DNA of 49,275 nt from an uncultured Planctomycetales bacterium (GCA_964635405.1 CAZWOH010000001.1:8589-57863), one strand, 5' to 3'. Shown: positions 18,070 to 28,307, numbered from the stretch's first letter. Notes: a model not told the origin generated them from the letters alone. Made by a program: numbers and translations.

Positions 18070-18678
18070 ATGGTTCAGTTAACCACAGAGATTGATACAC
18101 GTGCGCTTGACCGGGCGATCAAAATCGCTCCCCGGGTTCTTAAATTTGAACTCGCTGATGGATTAGATCGTATCGGTAAAGGATTTTTGAAGCGGTTCAG
18201 ACAGCAACAGCTTCAGGGGCCTCCGGGCGTTAGAGGGGCTTCGGGGCATGGGCTTTTTGGCACATTCAAGAGGGTGTTTTTTGTGTCGCCAGAGATTGAG
18301 GGCATGGGGATCGAGATATTCTCAGAGTCAAAGATTGCCAAGCTTCATGAAACGGGCGGTACGGTAAAAGACCCGGGTGGCAAGCGCTTGGCTGTGCCTT
18401 TATCGGCACGCAGTGAGATGTTCACTCCGGCCGGTAAGTTACGAGTCAGATATAAACGCCCGAAAGAACTGAAAAACATCAGGGCTATGCGTTGGAAGGG
18501 TGAGACGTTTCTCGCACGGGTGACGAAACGAGCGCAGAAGATATTGCCGCTTTACGTCTTAAAACGGCAAGTGAGGATAAAGCCTCGGCTTGGTTTTTAC
18601 CGGACGTGGGACGGACTGGTTAATTACCGCATTGACATTTTGAATAAGTCGATCGCTAACGCATTGAGGAAGATTTAA
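18070..18678 (+). CDS. Head-tail joining / tail completion protein (putative)
   Basis: 202 aa. The ATG at 18070 sits 3 nt after the upstream stop. The track ORF opens at 18043. Confidence 0.65.
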   Translation: MVQLTTEIDTRALDRAIKIAPRVLKFELADGLDRIGKGFLKRFRQQQLQGPPGVRGASGHGLFGTFKRVFFVSPEIEGMGIEIFSESKIAKLHETGGTVKDPGGKRLAVPLSARSEMFTPAGKLRVRYKRPKELKNIRAMRWKGETFLARVTKRAQKILPLYVLKRQVRIKPRLGFYRTWDGLVNYRIDILNKSIANALRKI

Positions 18679-19145
18679 TGGAAACGGTAAGGGAACGAAT
18701 ACTCCAGAACATAAAGACCACTCTTGAGGCGGTGACGATCGCTAACGGCTACAACTTTGATTTCACGCCTCAGACAATTCAGCGTTGGTCAATGCACGGC
18801 AACCGCATGGTCGATATGCCGATGGCGGTTATCAGCCCGGGAGATGAGGACGAAACGAGTTCGCCGCATCCGTTTGAGGAATGCGTGTTGACGGTTTATT
18901 TAGACGTATTTTTTATCAATGACGAGAACGACGCCGTGCCTACCGACACGTATTTGAACAGATTGCAGGGAGATATAAAGAAAGCTGTTTTACAGGATTC
19001 GACCCGGGGAGGCGACGCTATTGATACCGATGTTTTGGGAACGACTCCGTTTGAGACGACAGAGGCGCAACCGTACGCCGGGATCATCATGGAGTTACGG
19101 GTTCGTTACCGTCATTTAAGGTCTGATCCAACGGCAAAGAATTAA
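18678..19145 (+). CDS. Tail completion/terminator protein (putative)
   Basis: 155 aa, start overlapping the upstream stop (TAATG). Confidence 0.65.
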   Translation: METVRERILQNIKTTLEAVTIANGYNFDFTPQTIQRWSMHGNRMVDMPMAVISPGDEDETSSPHPFEECVLTVYLDVFFINDENDAVPTDTYLNRLQGDIKKAVLQDSTRGGDAIDTDVLGTTPFETTEAQPYAGIIMELRVRYRHLRSDPTAKN

Positions 19146-19160
19146 TAAGGAGGAACGACA

Positions 19161-20312
19161 ATGTCAATGCTTATAAGAAAACGCCAGCTTGCGGCGAAGA
19201 TAGAAGCTGTCGAGGGTATTGCGGAAACCCTGTTGGCGGCTGACGCAGGCATTCTGGTCAACTTCTCGCCCAAAGCGAGTTACGATCCACAGATGTATCA
19301 GCGGGACCCTGTGCGGGCTTCTCTGACAAAGATGGGGAAGCTGGCGGGCAAACGTTCCGCTGGAATTGATTTTAGTATCGAGCTTAAAGGCTCGGGTTCA
19401 GTGACTGTCGAACCGGAATGGTTGCGGTTAATCAAGGCATGCGGATTTGCGTCGAACATTTTGAAAAAGATAGCGATTGGCGCAATTACCTCAGGGCCTT
19501 ATTTACACGGTGAGACCATAACCGGCGGGATGTCCGGTGCGACCGGCAGAGTGGTGATTAAAACCGTTGATGGAACGACCACGCTTTATTTTATCGCTTT
19601 AAGCGGCACATTTGAGAGCGGGGAAACTATAACGGGTGGAACGTCCGGGGCGACTTCAACAGCGACAGCGGATCCCGAGAGTGCAGGGTTTGAAATTAAG
19701 CCGATTAGCAGTTCGGTGGTTTCGTTAACCATGGGACTCTTTGAGGATGGCATCAGAAAGGTTCTCAAAGGATGCCGTGGGACAGTGAAGTTCAATTTCA
19801 AGATCGGTGAACCGGCGACTTTGGATTTTAGTTTTAAAGGCGTTGAATCTGGCGTCGCTGATGTGCCTATGCTCACGGGTGTCAGTTTCGACAGTACAGT
19901 GCCGCCAGTGCTTTTGAACGCCGTGATGTCCTGTGACGGGGTGTCGCTCAACATAGGTGAGATGGACATTGATGTCGCCAACACGCTTGCCTCAAAAGAC
20001 AAGATTGACGACGCAAAAGGGATTCTTTCCTTCATGATCACTGGCCGTGACATGCAGGGTTCGTTTAATCCCGAGATGGTTCCGGTCGCCACGCACGACT
20101 TCTTCTCGAAGTGGTTTGGCAATACGCCGATGGCGGTTGACTTGGCGTATGGTGAGACCGAAGGGAATAAGTTTCGGTTCTACGCACCCGGGATTATTTA
20201 TAACAAAGTTGATGACGGCGATCGTGACGGTATTCAACTGGCGCAGACGTCGTTTGATTTAACCGGCTCAATGGAGCCCGGAGACGACGAGCTGGCGATA
20301 TTACTTTTATAA
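19161..20312 (+). CDS. Major tail (tube) protein, putative
   Basis: 383 aa, immediately upstream of the G/GT chaperone pair. SD aaggagg. Contains an internal duplication GETITGGMSGATG / GETITGGTSGATS. Confidence 0.65.
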   Translation: MSMLIRKRQLAAKIEAVEGIAETLLAADAGILVNFSPKASYDPQMYQRDPVRASLTKMGKLAGKRSAGIDFSIELKGSGSVTVEPEWLRLIKACGFASNILKKIAIGAITSGPYLHGETITGGMSGATGRVVIKTVDGTTTLYFIALSGTFESGETITGGTSGATSTATADPESAGFEIKPISSSVVSLTMGLFEDGIRKVLKGCRGTVKFNFKIGEPATLDFSFKGVESGVADVPMLTGVSFDSTVPPVLLNAVMSCDGVSLNIGEMDIDVANTLASKDKIDDAKGILSFMITGRDMQGSFNPEMVPVATHDFFSKWFGNTPMAVDLAYGETEGNKFRFYAPGIIYNKVDDGDRDGIQLAQTSFDLTGSMEPGDDELAILLL

Positions 20313-20327
20313 AACAGGAGGTGTTTC

Positions 20328-20753
20328 ATGTTAACAGGCATTGATATTAACGCTACACGAGAGCATGTGTCCAAGCTGGATCCGGATAAAGAAAATCCCA
20401 CGGTGTTTCATATTGGGATATTGGATCCGGTATTAAGGGCTGAGGTTGACGATGAAAGCAGTACCTACGAGATGAGTTCAACGAATCCCAATGATAAAGC
20501 CAAGGTCAGGCTTAATTGGAATAAGCGGCAGATCACGGCTATTAAGTTCGGGCTCAAGGGTATGGATAACTTTCTTGACCCGCAGACTAAAAAGCCGATC
20601 GAGCTTAAATTCGACACGATTCATTACGCAGGCAAGATGAGGAACGCTGTCCCTGACAGGATTATCGCCATGTTGCCGAACGAGCTCAGGCAAGAGCTTG
20701 CGGAAGTGATTTTGAACGAGTCAAAACTTACGGAGGGCGAACAAAAAAACTGA
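20328..20753 (+). CDS. Tail assembly chaperone (gpG-like)
   Basis: 141 aa upstream of the tape measure gene. It ends ...EQKN at the slippery run. Confidence 0.75.
   Translation: MLTGIDINATREHVSKLDPDKENPTVFHIGILDPVLRAEVDDESSTYEMSSTNPNDKAKVRLNWNKRQITAIKFGLKGMDNFLDPQTKKPIELKFDTIHYAGKMRNAVPDRIIAMLPNELRQELAEVILNESKLTEGEQKN
20744..20750 (+). promoter_or_regulatory. -1 programmed ribosomal frameshift slippery heptamer A_AAA_AAC
   Basis: The zero-frame codons aaa aac tga end gpG. The -1 frame is open across the site and continues into the 20756-21079 ORF. Confidence 0.65.
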
Positions 20754-20755
20754 TC

Positions 20756-21079
20756 GTGGCGGTTCACTTGGGCGACCTCACCATGAACTGCCGCAATTGT
20801 TTATGCGGGAGAAAGATTCAATGCGAGTATGAAGTGCCCGGACAGGAAGTCTGGGAACTATACGGCGAGCAGTACAGAGGATGCCCTTTTAAAATCGTCA
20901 CGAGACAGTCGGCGAATTTTTTAAGGGCATTTCAGTTTTATAAGCAAGGGTATCTGCCGAATGAAGGCAGTTGGATCGAGCAGTCAGCGAAGATGCTGGA
21001 TGCTTTTGAGGTCATTGAGAAAGAGCTTCAAGCGATAGAGCTTGAGCGTGAGAAAAGAAGGAATCGGTTTAAGCGATGA
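20756..21079 (+). CDS. gpT-like extension, expressed as a G-T fusion by a -1 frameshift
   Basis: The ORF is in the -1 frame relative to gpG and has no convincing SD of its own. It is ATGA-coupled to the tape measure gene. Confidence 0.65.
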   Translation: MAVHLGDLTMNCRNCLCGRKIQCEYEVPGQEVWELYGEQYRGCPFKIVTRQSANFLRAFQFYKQGYLPNEGSWIEQSAKMLDAFEVIEKELQAIELEREKRRNRFKR

Positions 21080-22851
21080 CGAATAAAGAGCTGTCAATCA
21101 TATTGCGTTTGCGTGACGAGGCCACAAAACGTCTTGAGGGTGTGCGTGGCAGTCTGCAAAGGTTCGCTAATTCTTGGAAGCAGAATTGGCTGGCTATCAC
21201 TGCCGCTATTACGGCGAGCATCATGGCGCTTCGCAAGGCATGGGATCTTATGGAGATGGGGGCGAAAGCCCAGCAGATTGAGGAAAGTTTCAAGCGAATG
21301 GCTGAGAGTGTCGGCATTAACTCTCGGGAGATGAAAAAAGCGTTAATGGAAGCCTCGAATGAGACGGTTAACTTCTCAAACGTGGCGGATAAAGCCTCGG
21401 CTCTCATGGCGCAGGGGTTGAATATGGATCAGGTGACAGCGCTCATGCGTCAGGCTCGGGTTGAGGCGAGGATATTCGGCACGACAACGGAGGAAGCGTT
21501 TCAAAACATATCAAGCGCAGTCACTGGCGGGTTAGTCACGACATTGCGCCGGTCATACGGGCTTCAGTTGTCGCTTAAAGATGCGACTGAGGAATACGCC
21601 AAGGCTACGGGCAAGACCACGGAAGAAGTGCAAAAGTATCACATGGCGCAGGCGCTTGCCAATCATATTTTAGAGAGAAGCAAATCGCATCTTGAGGCGG
21701 TGAACCTTGAGTTGATGACGAGTTACGAAAAGGTTCAGATGCTTAAATCCAAGTGGAACGATTTCATGGAGTCAGCCGGGCAGATGTTGTGGCAGGTGCT
21801 TGGTTTTCTGCAGGGATTCGCCAATCAATTGGTGACAGGCGTATTCACGATTCTTGAGTATGGAGCCGGTGCGGTGAAGGCGTTTATTCAGGGGATTGTC
21901 AACGCTCTCAATGGTCTTTTAGCGTTTGGGACGGATTTCTTTCAAAAACTCATGGTGCCGCTGATTAAATTCTATGAGCTTTTAGGAAAACTTCCCGGCT
22001 CAGTCGGTGAGACGTACAGGCAGGCGGCGGCTGAGGTAGAACGGTTCTCGCAGTCATTAGAGGATAACACGATCCAGTTTAATGTCGAGGGACTTACGCA
22101 AGGACTCGAGGAGGCGAAGCAGGCGTTTAATCTTGCGGCTCAGGAAAGTGCAAAAGAGGCGATAGCGCAGTACGACCTTGTTTTCGCCAAGGTTAAGGAC
22201 ACCGGTGATAAGACAGCGGAGATTCTGAAGAACGTTGCGAAAGAGGTCGGCAAGGGAGCTGAGGAAGCGGGAAAACAATTTAACGCCATGGAGGAGTTCG
22301 CCAAGCAGTCCGCTCGGAACATGCAGAACGCTTTCTCGGACTTTTTCTTTAAAGCGTTTACCGGTGAGCTTCGCAGTGTCAAAGAAGTGTTCGCAGATTT
22401 CGGCAGAGCGGTTTTGCAGATGATCTCAAACATTTTGGCGAAGCTGTTGCTTATCAAGATGTTCACCGCCATGGCCGGGGCTGGCGGCACGATATTCGGC
22501 GTGCCTGTTGCGAGTTTGTTTCATCAGGGTGGCACGATTCAAAGACGCAACCGTGCGTTTATTCGTGCGCATTCCGGTCTCGCTCCCGATGAGGTGCCGA
22601 TTATTGCGCAGACTGGTGAAGGTGTGCTTTCCCGCAGGGGTATGCGAGCTATCGGCGGATCAGACAATTTAAGGTCGCTTAATAACGGCGAATCTATCCA
22701 AGGCGAGGGGATAACGATAAACGTCAATCAGGTTATACAGGCGTGGGACGCTCAGGACGTGTGGCGCAACCGCAAGATGTTATCCAACGCCATCGCTGAT
22801 GATATTTATAACAACGGCAAGATTCGTTCCGTGATCAGGAGTTACGCATGA
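21076..22851 (+). CDS. Tape measure protein
   Basis: 591 aa, helical and Ala/Gln/Glu-rich with hydrophobic segments. Canonical position. Confidence 0.9.
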   Translation: MTNKELSIILRLRDEATKRLEGVRGSLQRFANSWKQNWLAITAAITASIMALRKAWDLMEMGAKAQQIEESFKRMAESVGINSREMKKALMEASNETVNFSNVADKASALMAQGLNMDQVTALMRQARVEARIFGTTTEEAFQNISSAVTGGLVTTLRRSYGLQLSLKDATEEYAKATGKTTEEVQKYHMAQALANHILERSKSHLEAVNLELMTSYEKVQMLKSKWNDFMESAGQMLWQVLGFLQGFANQLVTGVFTILEYGAGAVKAFIQGIVNALNGLLAFGTDFFQKLMVPLIKFYELLGKLPGSVGETYRQAAAEVERFSQSLEDNTIQFNVEGLTQGLEEAKQAFNLAAQESAKEAIAQYDLVFAKVKDTGDKTAEILKNVAKEVGKGAEEAGKQFNAMEEFAKQSARNMQNAFSDFFFKAFTGELRSVKEVFADFGRAVLQMISNILAKLLLIKMFTAMAGAGGTIFGVPVASLFHQGGTIQRRNRAFIRAHSGLAPDEVPIIAQTGEGVLSRRGMRAIGGSDNLRSLNNGESIQGEGITINVNQVIQAWDAQDVWRNRKMLSNAIADDIYNNGKIRSVIRSYA

Positions 22852-23186
22852 GCGATTTCACGTATTTGCCAGATTTTGTTTTTGAGGAAACGCTGGAGTA
22901 TAAGACGCTCATTTCAGAGTTTGAGAGCGGGGCGGAACAACGCAGGCGCAAATGGGCGGCTCCGCTACGTAAGTGGCGATTGAGATTTAACAGCAGGGTT
23001 AAAACGGATATGCAGGCGGTGCGGGAATTTTTCAAAAGTAAATACGGGGCGTTCATGGCGTTCACATGGACAAACCCGAATGATTCGGTTGAGTATTCGG
23101 TGCGGTTTGTGGAGGACAGTTTTAAATTCACCATGAAGGCGCACGAGGTTTATGACTTTGAGTTTGATTTGCAAGAGGTGAAGTGA
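22848..23186 (+). CDS. Minor tail protein, gpM-like
   Basis: 112 aa, ATGA-coupled after the tape measure gene. Size and position match lambda gpM. Confidence 0.7.
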   Translation: MSDFTYLPDFVFEETLEYKTLISEFESGAEQRRRKWAAPLRKWRLRFNSRVKTDMQAVREFFKSKYGAFMAFTWTNPNDSVEYSVRFVEDSFKFTMKAHEVYDFEFDLQEVK

Positions 23187-23797
23187 TGCCCCGAGAAGTT
23201 GATCAGACATTTAAACAGGAAAAGGCGAAGCAGGAAAACGCCCCGATATTCCTTTACACGCTTGAGGCGTATGACGGTGTCAACGACTTGCGTTTAGCCA
23301 GCTTTGATCAGGATATCACTTATGACGGTGTTCTTTATTCTAAGTTTCCGATAACCCATGAGTTTATATCGGAAAACAATCAGGGGCAGATTGAGCAGGT
23401 AAAGGTCAGGCTTGGCAACGTCTCGAGGCTTATTGAGCTTTATCTTGAGCAGTACGATTTCAGAGGCAAGAAGGTCACGATCCGCATGGTTTGGGCGGAT
23501 CAGTTGTCAGATCCTGACGCTCACATGGATGACGTGTTTTATATCGATAATTATTCCGCTGATCAAAAGAATGTTGAGTTCACTTTGACCGGCAAGTTTG
23601 ACGTGCTGGGTGTGGACTTGCCAGCACGAAGGTACGCCCGCAATTATTGCGCTTGGAAATTCAAGTCAGTGGAGTGCGGGTATGTGGGAGGAGAGAGCGC
23701 ATGCAACAAAACGAAACAACGTTGCAAACAGCTGGAGAATTACCAGCGGTTCGGGGCGTTTCCGTCAGTGCCATCAAGACGAATTTACGTGATGTAG
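23183..23797 (+). CDS. Minor tail protein, gpL-like
   Basis: 204 aa with a C-terminal Cys cluster CAWKFKSVECGY...CNKTKQRC, as in the Fe-S-binding gpL family. Confidence 0.7.
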   Translation: MMPREVDQTFKQEKAKQENAPIFLYTLEAYDGVNDLRLASFDQDITYDGVLYSKFPITHEFISENNQGQIEQVKVRLGNVSRLIELYLEQYDFRGKKVTIRMVWADQLSDPDAHMDDVFYIDNYSADQKNVEFTLTGKFDVLGVDLPARRYARNYCAWKFKSVECGYVGGESACNKTKQRCKQLENYQRFGAFPSVPSRRIYVM

Positions 23798-23805
23798 AGA
23801 AACGC

Positions 23806-24198
23806 ATGGTTGAGAAATATCTCGGCGTTTCTTACCGTCACAGAGGACGCACGATGGACGGGCTTGATTGCTGGGGTTTTCTCAAGCTGGCGTACGCTGA
23901 TTTAGGCGTTTCTCTCTTTGATGTGGAGGATCTGGAATACAGCAAGATTTGGGGGCTTAAAGGCAAAGACTATTTCAGGGATAACTACGCCCACGATTGG
24001 GAGAAGGTAAGCGACCCGCAGATTTTAGACGGCATTTTGTTTGTTAATTCAAAAGGAATCGCTAATCATGCGGGAATAGTTTTAAGCAACAGGCGGTTTA
24101 TTCATTGTTGCCGTCAAGGCGTGATCGTGTCACGGCTCGATGATGTTTCATGGGTTAAAAAGATAGAAGGATTTTACAGGTTGAGAGCATGGTCATAA
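23806..24198 (+). CDS. NlpC/P60 peptidase tail protein, gpK-like
   Basis: Catalytic Cys context GLDCWGFLKLAY and downstream His (IANHAGIV). The start is uncertain; alternatives are 23701 or 23647. Confidence 0.8.
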   Translation: MVEKYLGVSYRHRGRTMDGLDCWGFLKLAYADLGVSLFDVEDLEYSKIWGLKGKDYFRDNYAHDWEKVSDPQILDGILFVNSKGIANHAGIVLSNRRFIHCCRQGVIVSRLDDVSWVKKIEGFYRLRAWS

Positions 24199-27100
24199 TT
24201 CGTAACATAGCCAATCCATTTAAGACCGAGGATGCGCAAGTCCGGGAGTTTAAGTATTCCCGGAGCAAATGCGTGCGGGATTATCTTGATGAGTCGGGTT
24301 TTGACTATCAGGGCAAGCGGGTGATCGTTACAGGCAAGCGCATTGAGGACTTGTCTGTGAGGATTGATAACGGTGACCAGATTGTCGTTGTGCCGGAGGT
24401 AAAAGCCCCGATTGTCGCTGTGGTGTCATGGATTATTTCCGCTGTCTGGGCGGCGGCCGTGGCGCATCCGTTTCTGTTTACGTTCTTCGTGCTTTCCATG
24501 GGCTATTCGATTTATCAATACATGAACCAGCCCAAGATGCCGGATTTCAATCTGGGAGCGGGAACGGGAATGGATGAGGGGTCGCCTACATATGGCTGGG
24601 ACGGCGTGCAGACTATTCAGGAGGTCGGCGTGCCGGTGGGGGTGGTTTACGGCAGGCACCGCATAGGCGGCAATATCGTTAATCAGTATTTATGGGAGGA
24701 CGGAGATAAACATTATCTCAATATCCTGCTCGCTCTTTGCGAAGGGGAGATCGAGTCGATTGAGGAAATAGAGTTAAACAATAATCCAATCGGTAACTTT
24801 GACGGTGTTTCAGTCGAGAAACGTTTCGGCGTGAATTATCAAAGCATGATCTCTAACTTTGAGGATCTGCACAATGTTTATCCGGTTAACGCCAATCTCA
24901 CGCAGAACAATCCCTATGTCTACACCACAATCGATTCGGATGTCGAGGCGTTTGAGATTCATTTGAGGCTTAGCAACGGGTTGTATCAGCAGAACTCAGG
25001 TTCTGGTGATATCCAAAGCTGGAGCGTGACTTACCGTGTTGAATACAAACTTCATTCAGAAAGTGTTTATATCGATTTGGGAGAGACGACGATATCAGGG
25101 CAGTCACGCACCAGCGTCCGGCGTGTCTTTAGAAAGACTGGGCTCACGCCCGGGCAATACGATATTCGTATTACCCGCACCAGTGAGGACAGCTCGCTTC
25201 AACCGTTAAAGCAAGGCGATCTTACGCTGTTTCAAATCGATGAGATTAAAACCGACGATTTGGTTTATCCAAATACCGCATTGCTCGGGCTTCATTTGTT
25301 GGCTACAGACCAATTAAGCGGATCAACGCCGAATATAACAGCGATCGTTGAGGGCAAAAAGGTTTCTATCCCGGACGTGCGAAACGCAGGCGTAGCGGTT
25401 GATTGGGAGGACTATTACTGGGACGGGAATGATTATCGGTTGCTTGCGGATGACACGCTTCTTTCGTGGGACGGTTCAACATACGTTCTGAGATATTCGG
25501 CGAATCCGGTGTGGTGTCTGCGGGATCTCGTGACAAATAAAAGATACGGTCTGGGTGAGTTTATTCTCACGGACAATTTGGATAACGCCTCACTTCTTGA
25601 GATGGCGCAGTATTGCGAGGAGAAAGTTCCAGACGGCCAAGGCGGGTTTGAGAAGCGGTTCAGGATGGATGTGGTTGTGGACAGTAATCATAAGGCGCTG
25701 GATATTTTGATTCAGTTATGCGCCACATTTAACGCCATGCCGGTGTATAGCGCAGGAGGACTCGCTTTTAAAATCGACAAGCCCACGATCCCAACGCAGT
25801 TATTTGGCATGGGGAATATTGTCAAAGATTCATTCGCTCAGAGCTGGAAAACGATGAAAGAAGTGCCGAACGTGATCGAGGTTCAGTTTACGGATAAAGA
25901 GAAAAACTATCAGCAGGAAACAATCGCATACATTGATGAGGAATCGTTAGCGTTGGGCGAGCCAATGCGCAAGAGCCAGATTCGTTTGTTTACCACGGGG
26001 GCGAGTTACGCCATTCGTGCGGCACGATACGCTTTGAAAGTCGCCCGGCATATTAACCGTTCAGTCGCTTTTAAGGCGGGCATTGACGCTGTCGCATGTC
26101 AGGCGGGTGATGTTATTTCGATCTCGCATGACGTTCCACAATGGGGATTTTCGGGCAGAGTTCAGGACGGCAGTTCATCGACGTTGATTAAGTTAGATCG
26201 GGCGATGGTTATTGAGGACGGCAAGTCTTACAAGATACAAATCAGGTTTAGTGATGACACGATTGAGGAACGGCTTATTACTTCGCCCACGGGGACGCAT
26301 AGCGAGATTGAGTGCGAGGCTTTCCCAGCGGACCCGCAGGCGTTTGATGTTTACGCTATTGGTGAAACGAACAAGGTGAAAAAAGATTTCCGGGTGGTGT
26401 CGGTTCAGCGTGAGGGCAAGCATGAGGTTCAAATATCTGCGCTTGAGTATAACGAGGCGGTCTATGACGATTCGGATATTATCCTGCCGCAGAATAATTA
26501 CTCATCGTTATCGAGCGAGATTCCGACAGTCAATAACCTCAGTTTGACGGAATCACTGGTAAAAAAGACGGACGGAACGATTGAGAACGCTATTGATGTC
26601 TGGTTTGATCGCCCGGCCTATATCGATCATTACGTTAAGTCATACGCTAAGGCGAAGATTTATATAAGCGATGATAACGGCCAGAGCTGGCGTGCGAGAG
26701 GCGAAACCACCGGCACGCAGTTTCGCATTATTGGCGACATTGTTGACGGGCATACGTATAAGGTCAAGGTGACTTCGCTGGATTCATTAAATGAGGAGAG
26801 TTCGCTCGCTACGGCCCCGGAGAGCGAGATCGCTGTTGTTGGTAAATCAGCGCCACCGTCCGATGTTCCATCGTTCTTAGTTAACCGTAACAGGGACATG
26901 TTGTATTTCGGCTGGACACCCATTCCTGATGTTGATGTTTGGGGTTATGAGATCAGGCGTGGGCTTGATTGGGAGAGCGCAGAATTTATCACGCTTCAGC
27001 AAGGGACGCATTATCTCACCAAGGATGTCAAGCGAGGCATCGGCCAGCGGTACTGGATTAAGGCGATCGACACGTCAGGCAATTATTCCGTGAACGCAAA

Positions 27101-27809
27101 AGAGGCTGTTGTCACTATCACCGAGATTCCGTTTAGGAACATTATCGCTGAATATCAGGAGCAACCTTTGTGGGAAGGGGCGAAGGTTAATATCGAGAAA
27201 GTAGACGAGTCAATCGTGATCACGGACGGCGTGATGTCAGGAACGTATACAACGCCGGTCAGGGATTTTGGATATGTGGCAAGTGTTTATATCGGAATAG
27301 ATGTGATCGTATCGACTTCATTGGGTAGGCGTTTTAACAGTGATGGAGTCACGAAGTTTAATGACAGTCCATCGTACCGTTTTACTGGCCAAGAAACTTT
27401 GCGGGCGGCGAGTTTCCGCATAAGGACTTCAGAAGACGGTATTACGTGGAAAGATTGGGAGGACTACCAGCCCGGCGATTATTTCTGTCGCTACTTTCAG
27501 ATCGAGTTGACGCTGTACAGGGAGAATATCGGCGACGCTATTACATGCTCAACGTTTCAGTATTTCGGGGATCTCCCGGACGTGGACGACTATGGCAATG
27601 ATTCGGTGGTTTCAGCGGTTGATGGCAAGCAGGTTTTCTTTGGGAAGACGTATCACGAGGAGCCGAGCGTCCATATTGAGATAAGAAGCGGGAACGGTAT
27701 TTATTCCCAATTCGTGGCGAAAGATATCACGAGTTTTACGGTGAAGCTATATGACGCCCAAGGCGTGGTGCAAACAGGAACGTTTGACTGGCACAGCCAT
27801 GGGATTTAG
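24189..27809 (+). CDS. Host-specificity / tail tip protein, gpJ-like with a gpI-like N-terminus
   Basis: 1206 aa. The N-terminal ~110 aa form a ubiquitin-like segment plus a hydrophobic stretch (APIVAVVSWIISAVWAAAVAHPFLFTFFVL). FN3-like region (APPSDVPSF...GWTPIPD). Confidence 0.85.
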   Translation: MVIIRNIANPFKTEDAQVREFKYSRSKCVRDYLDESGFDYQGKRVIVTGKRIEDLSVRIDNGDQIVVVPEVKAPIVAVVSWIISAVWAAAVAHPFLFTFFVLSMGYSIYQYMNQPKMPDFNLGAGTGMDEGSPTYGWDGVQTIQEVGVPVGVVYGRHRIGGNIVNQYLWEDGDKHYLNILLALCEGEIESIEEIELNNNPIGNFDGVSVEKRFGVNYQSMISNFEDLHNVYPVNANLTQNNPYVYTTIDSDVEAFEIHLRLSNGLYQQNSGSGDIQSWSVTYRVEYKLHSESVYIDLGETTISGQSRTSVRRVFRKTGLTPGQYDIRITRTSEDSSLQPLKQGDLTLFQIDEIKTDDLVYPNTALLGLHLLATDQLSGSTPNITAIVEGKKVSIPDVRNAGVAVDWEDYYWDGNDYRLLADDTLLSWDGSTYVLRYSANPVWCLRDLVTNKRYGLGEFILTDNLDNASLLEMAQYCEEKVPDGQGGFEKRFRMDVVVDSNHKALDILIQLCATFNAMPVYSAGGLAFKIDKPTIPTQLFGMGNIVKDSFAQSWKTMKEVPNVIEVQFTDKEKNYQQETIAYIDEESLALGEPMRKSQIRLFTTGASYAIRAARYALKVARHINRSVAFKAGIDAVACQAGDVISISHDVPQWGFSGRVQDGSSSTLIKLDRAMVIEDGKSYKIQIRFSDDTIEERLITSPTGTHSEIECEAFPADPQAFDVYAIGETNKVKKDFRVVSVQREGKHEVQISALEYNEAVYDDSDIILPQNNYSSLSSEIPTVNNLSLTESLVKKTDGTIENAIDVWFDRPAYIDHYVKSYAKAKIYISDDNGQSWRARGETTGTQFRIIGDIVDGHTYKVKVTSLDSLNEESSLATAPESEIAVVGKSAPPSDVPSFLVNRNRDMLYFGWTPIPDVDVWGYEIRRGLDWESAEFITLQQGTHYLTKDVKRGIGQRYWIKAIDTSGNYSVNAKEAVVTITEIPFRNIIAEYQEQPLWEGAKVNIEKVDESIVITDGVMSGTYTTPVRDFGYVASVYIGIDVIVSTSLGRRFNSDGVTKFNDSPSYRFTGQETLRAASFRIRTSEDGITWKDWEDYQPGDYFCRYFQIELTLYRENIGDAITCSTFQYFGDLPDVDDYGNDSVVSAVDGKQVFFGKTYHEEPSVHIEIRSGNGIYSQFVAKDITSFTVKLYDAQGVVQTGTFDWHSHGI

Positions 27810-27820
27810 GAGGTTTTTAA

Positions 27821-28054
27821 ATGGCAAAGAATCTTATTCCATGCAAGGTGGTTATCGAGTTTGAGAACGGCGAGTTCTTGAACGGGGTCATTTTGTATAA
27901 GGTCAACGATGGTGGCGTCATTGGGCGGTTGAAAAGTATTGGGATCAAGGACGCAAATTTTAATAAAACGACATTGAACGGTTTGTTGCAGAAATTCACC
28001 AAGCACGCAAACCAGTCGGAAGGAGTCGAAAATGGACAAGTTGATATGCAGTAA
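27821..28054 (+). CDS. Hypothetical tail-associated protein (77 aa)
   Basis: Strong SD aggagg 8 nt upstream. Confidence 0.6.
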   Translation: MAKNLIPCKVVIEFENGEFLNGVILYKVNDGGVIGRLKSIGIKDANFNKTTLNGLLQKFTKHANQSEGVENGQVDMQ

Positions 28055-28307
28055 ATGCAAGAAGGAGATTCCTGACGATATGGCGTATGTGTCGGTCAGG
28101 GGTGACATTATTCTGCGAATGCCTAAAAGAAAACCGATTGTGTTCACCTGCGCTGAGCAGGCTGAGAACTACGCCCGGCAGATGACGTTACATGACGTTT
28201 GCTGGATTCAGATGTTGCGTGAGCATGGGGTTGAGCTTTACGACATGAATGATGTCGCTGAGTCTTATAAGAAAAGGGAGGTGGGCGATGGCTTGGGACA
28301 AGACTAA
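28032..28307 (+). CDS. Hypothetical protein with an N-terminal CxxC (91 aa)
   Basis: SD aaggag. The sequence begins MDKLICSKCKKEIP. Confidence 0.55.
   Translation: MDKLICSKCKKEIPDDMAYVSVRGDIILRMPKRKPIVFTCAEQAENYARQMTLHDVCWIQMLREHGVELYDMNDVAESYKKREVGDGLGQD

Noticed and set aside
19500-19680. Tandem GETITGGxSGATG duplication in the putative tail tube protein.
   Set aside because: The two copies differ extensively at the nucleotide level, so it looks like an old intragenic domain duplication rather than an active repeat or recombination feature.
27806-28147. 113-aa minus-strand ORF after the tip protein gene.
   Set aside because: It overlaps two plus-strand ORFs that each have a canonical aggagg/aaggag SD at correct spacing. 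The surrounding 35 kb is transcribed entirely on the plus strand.
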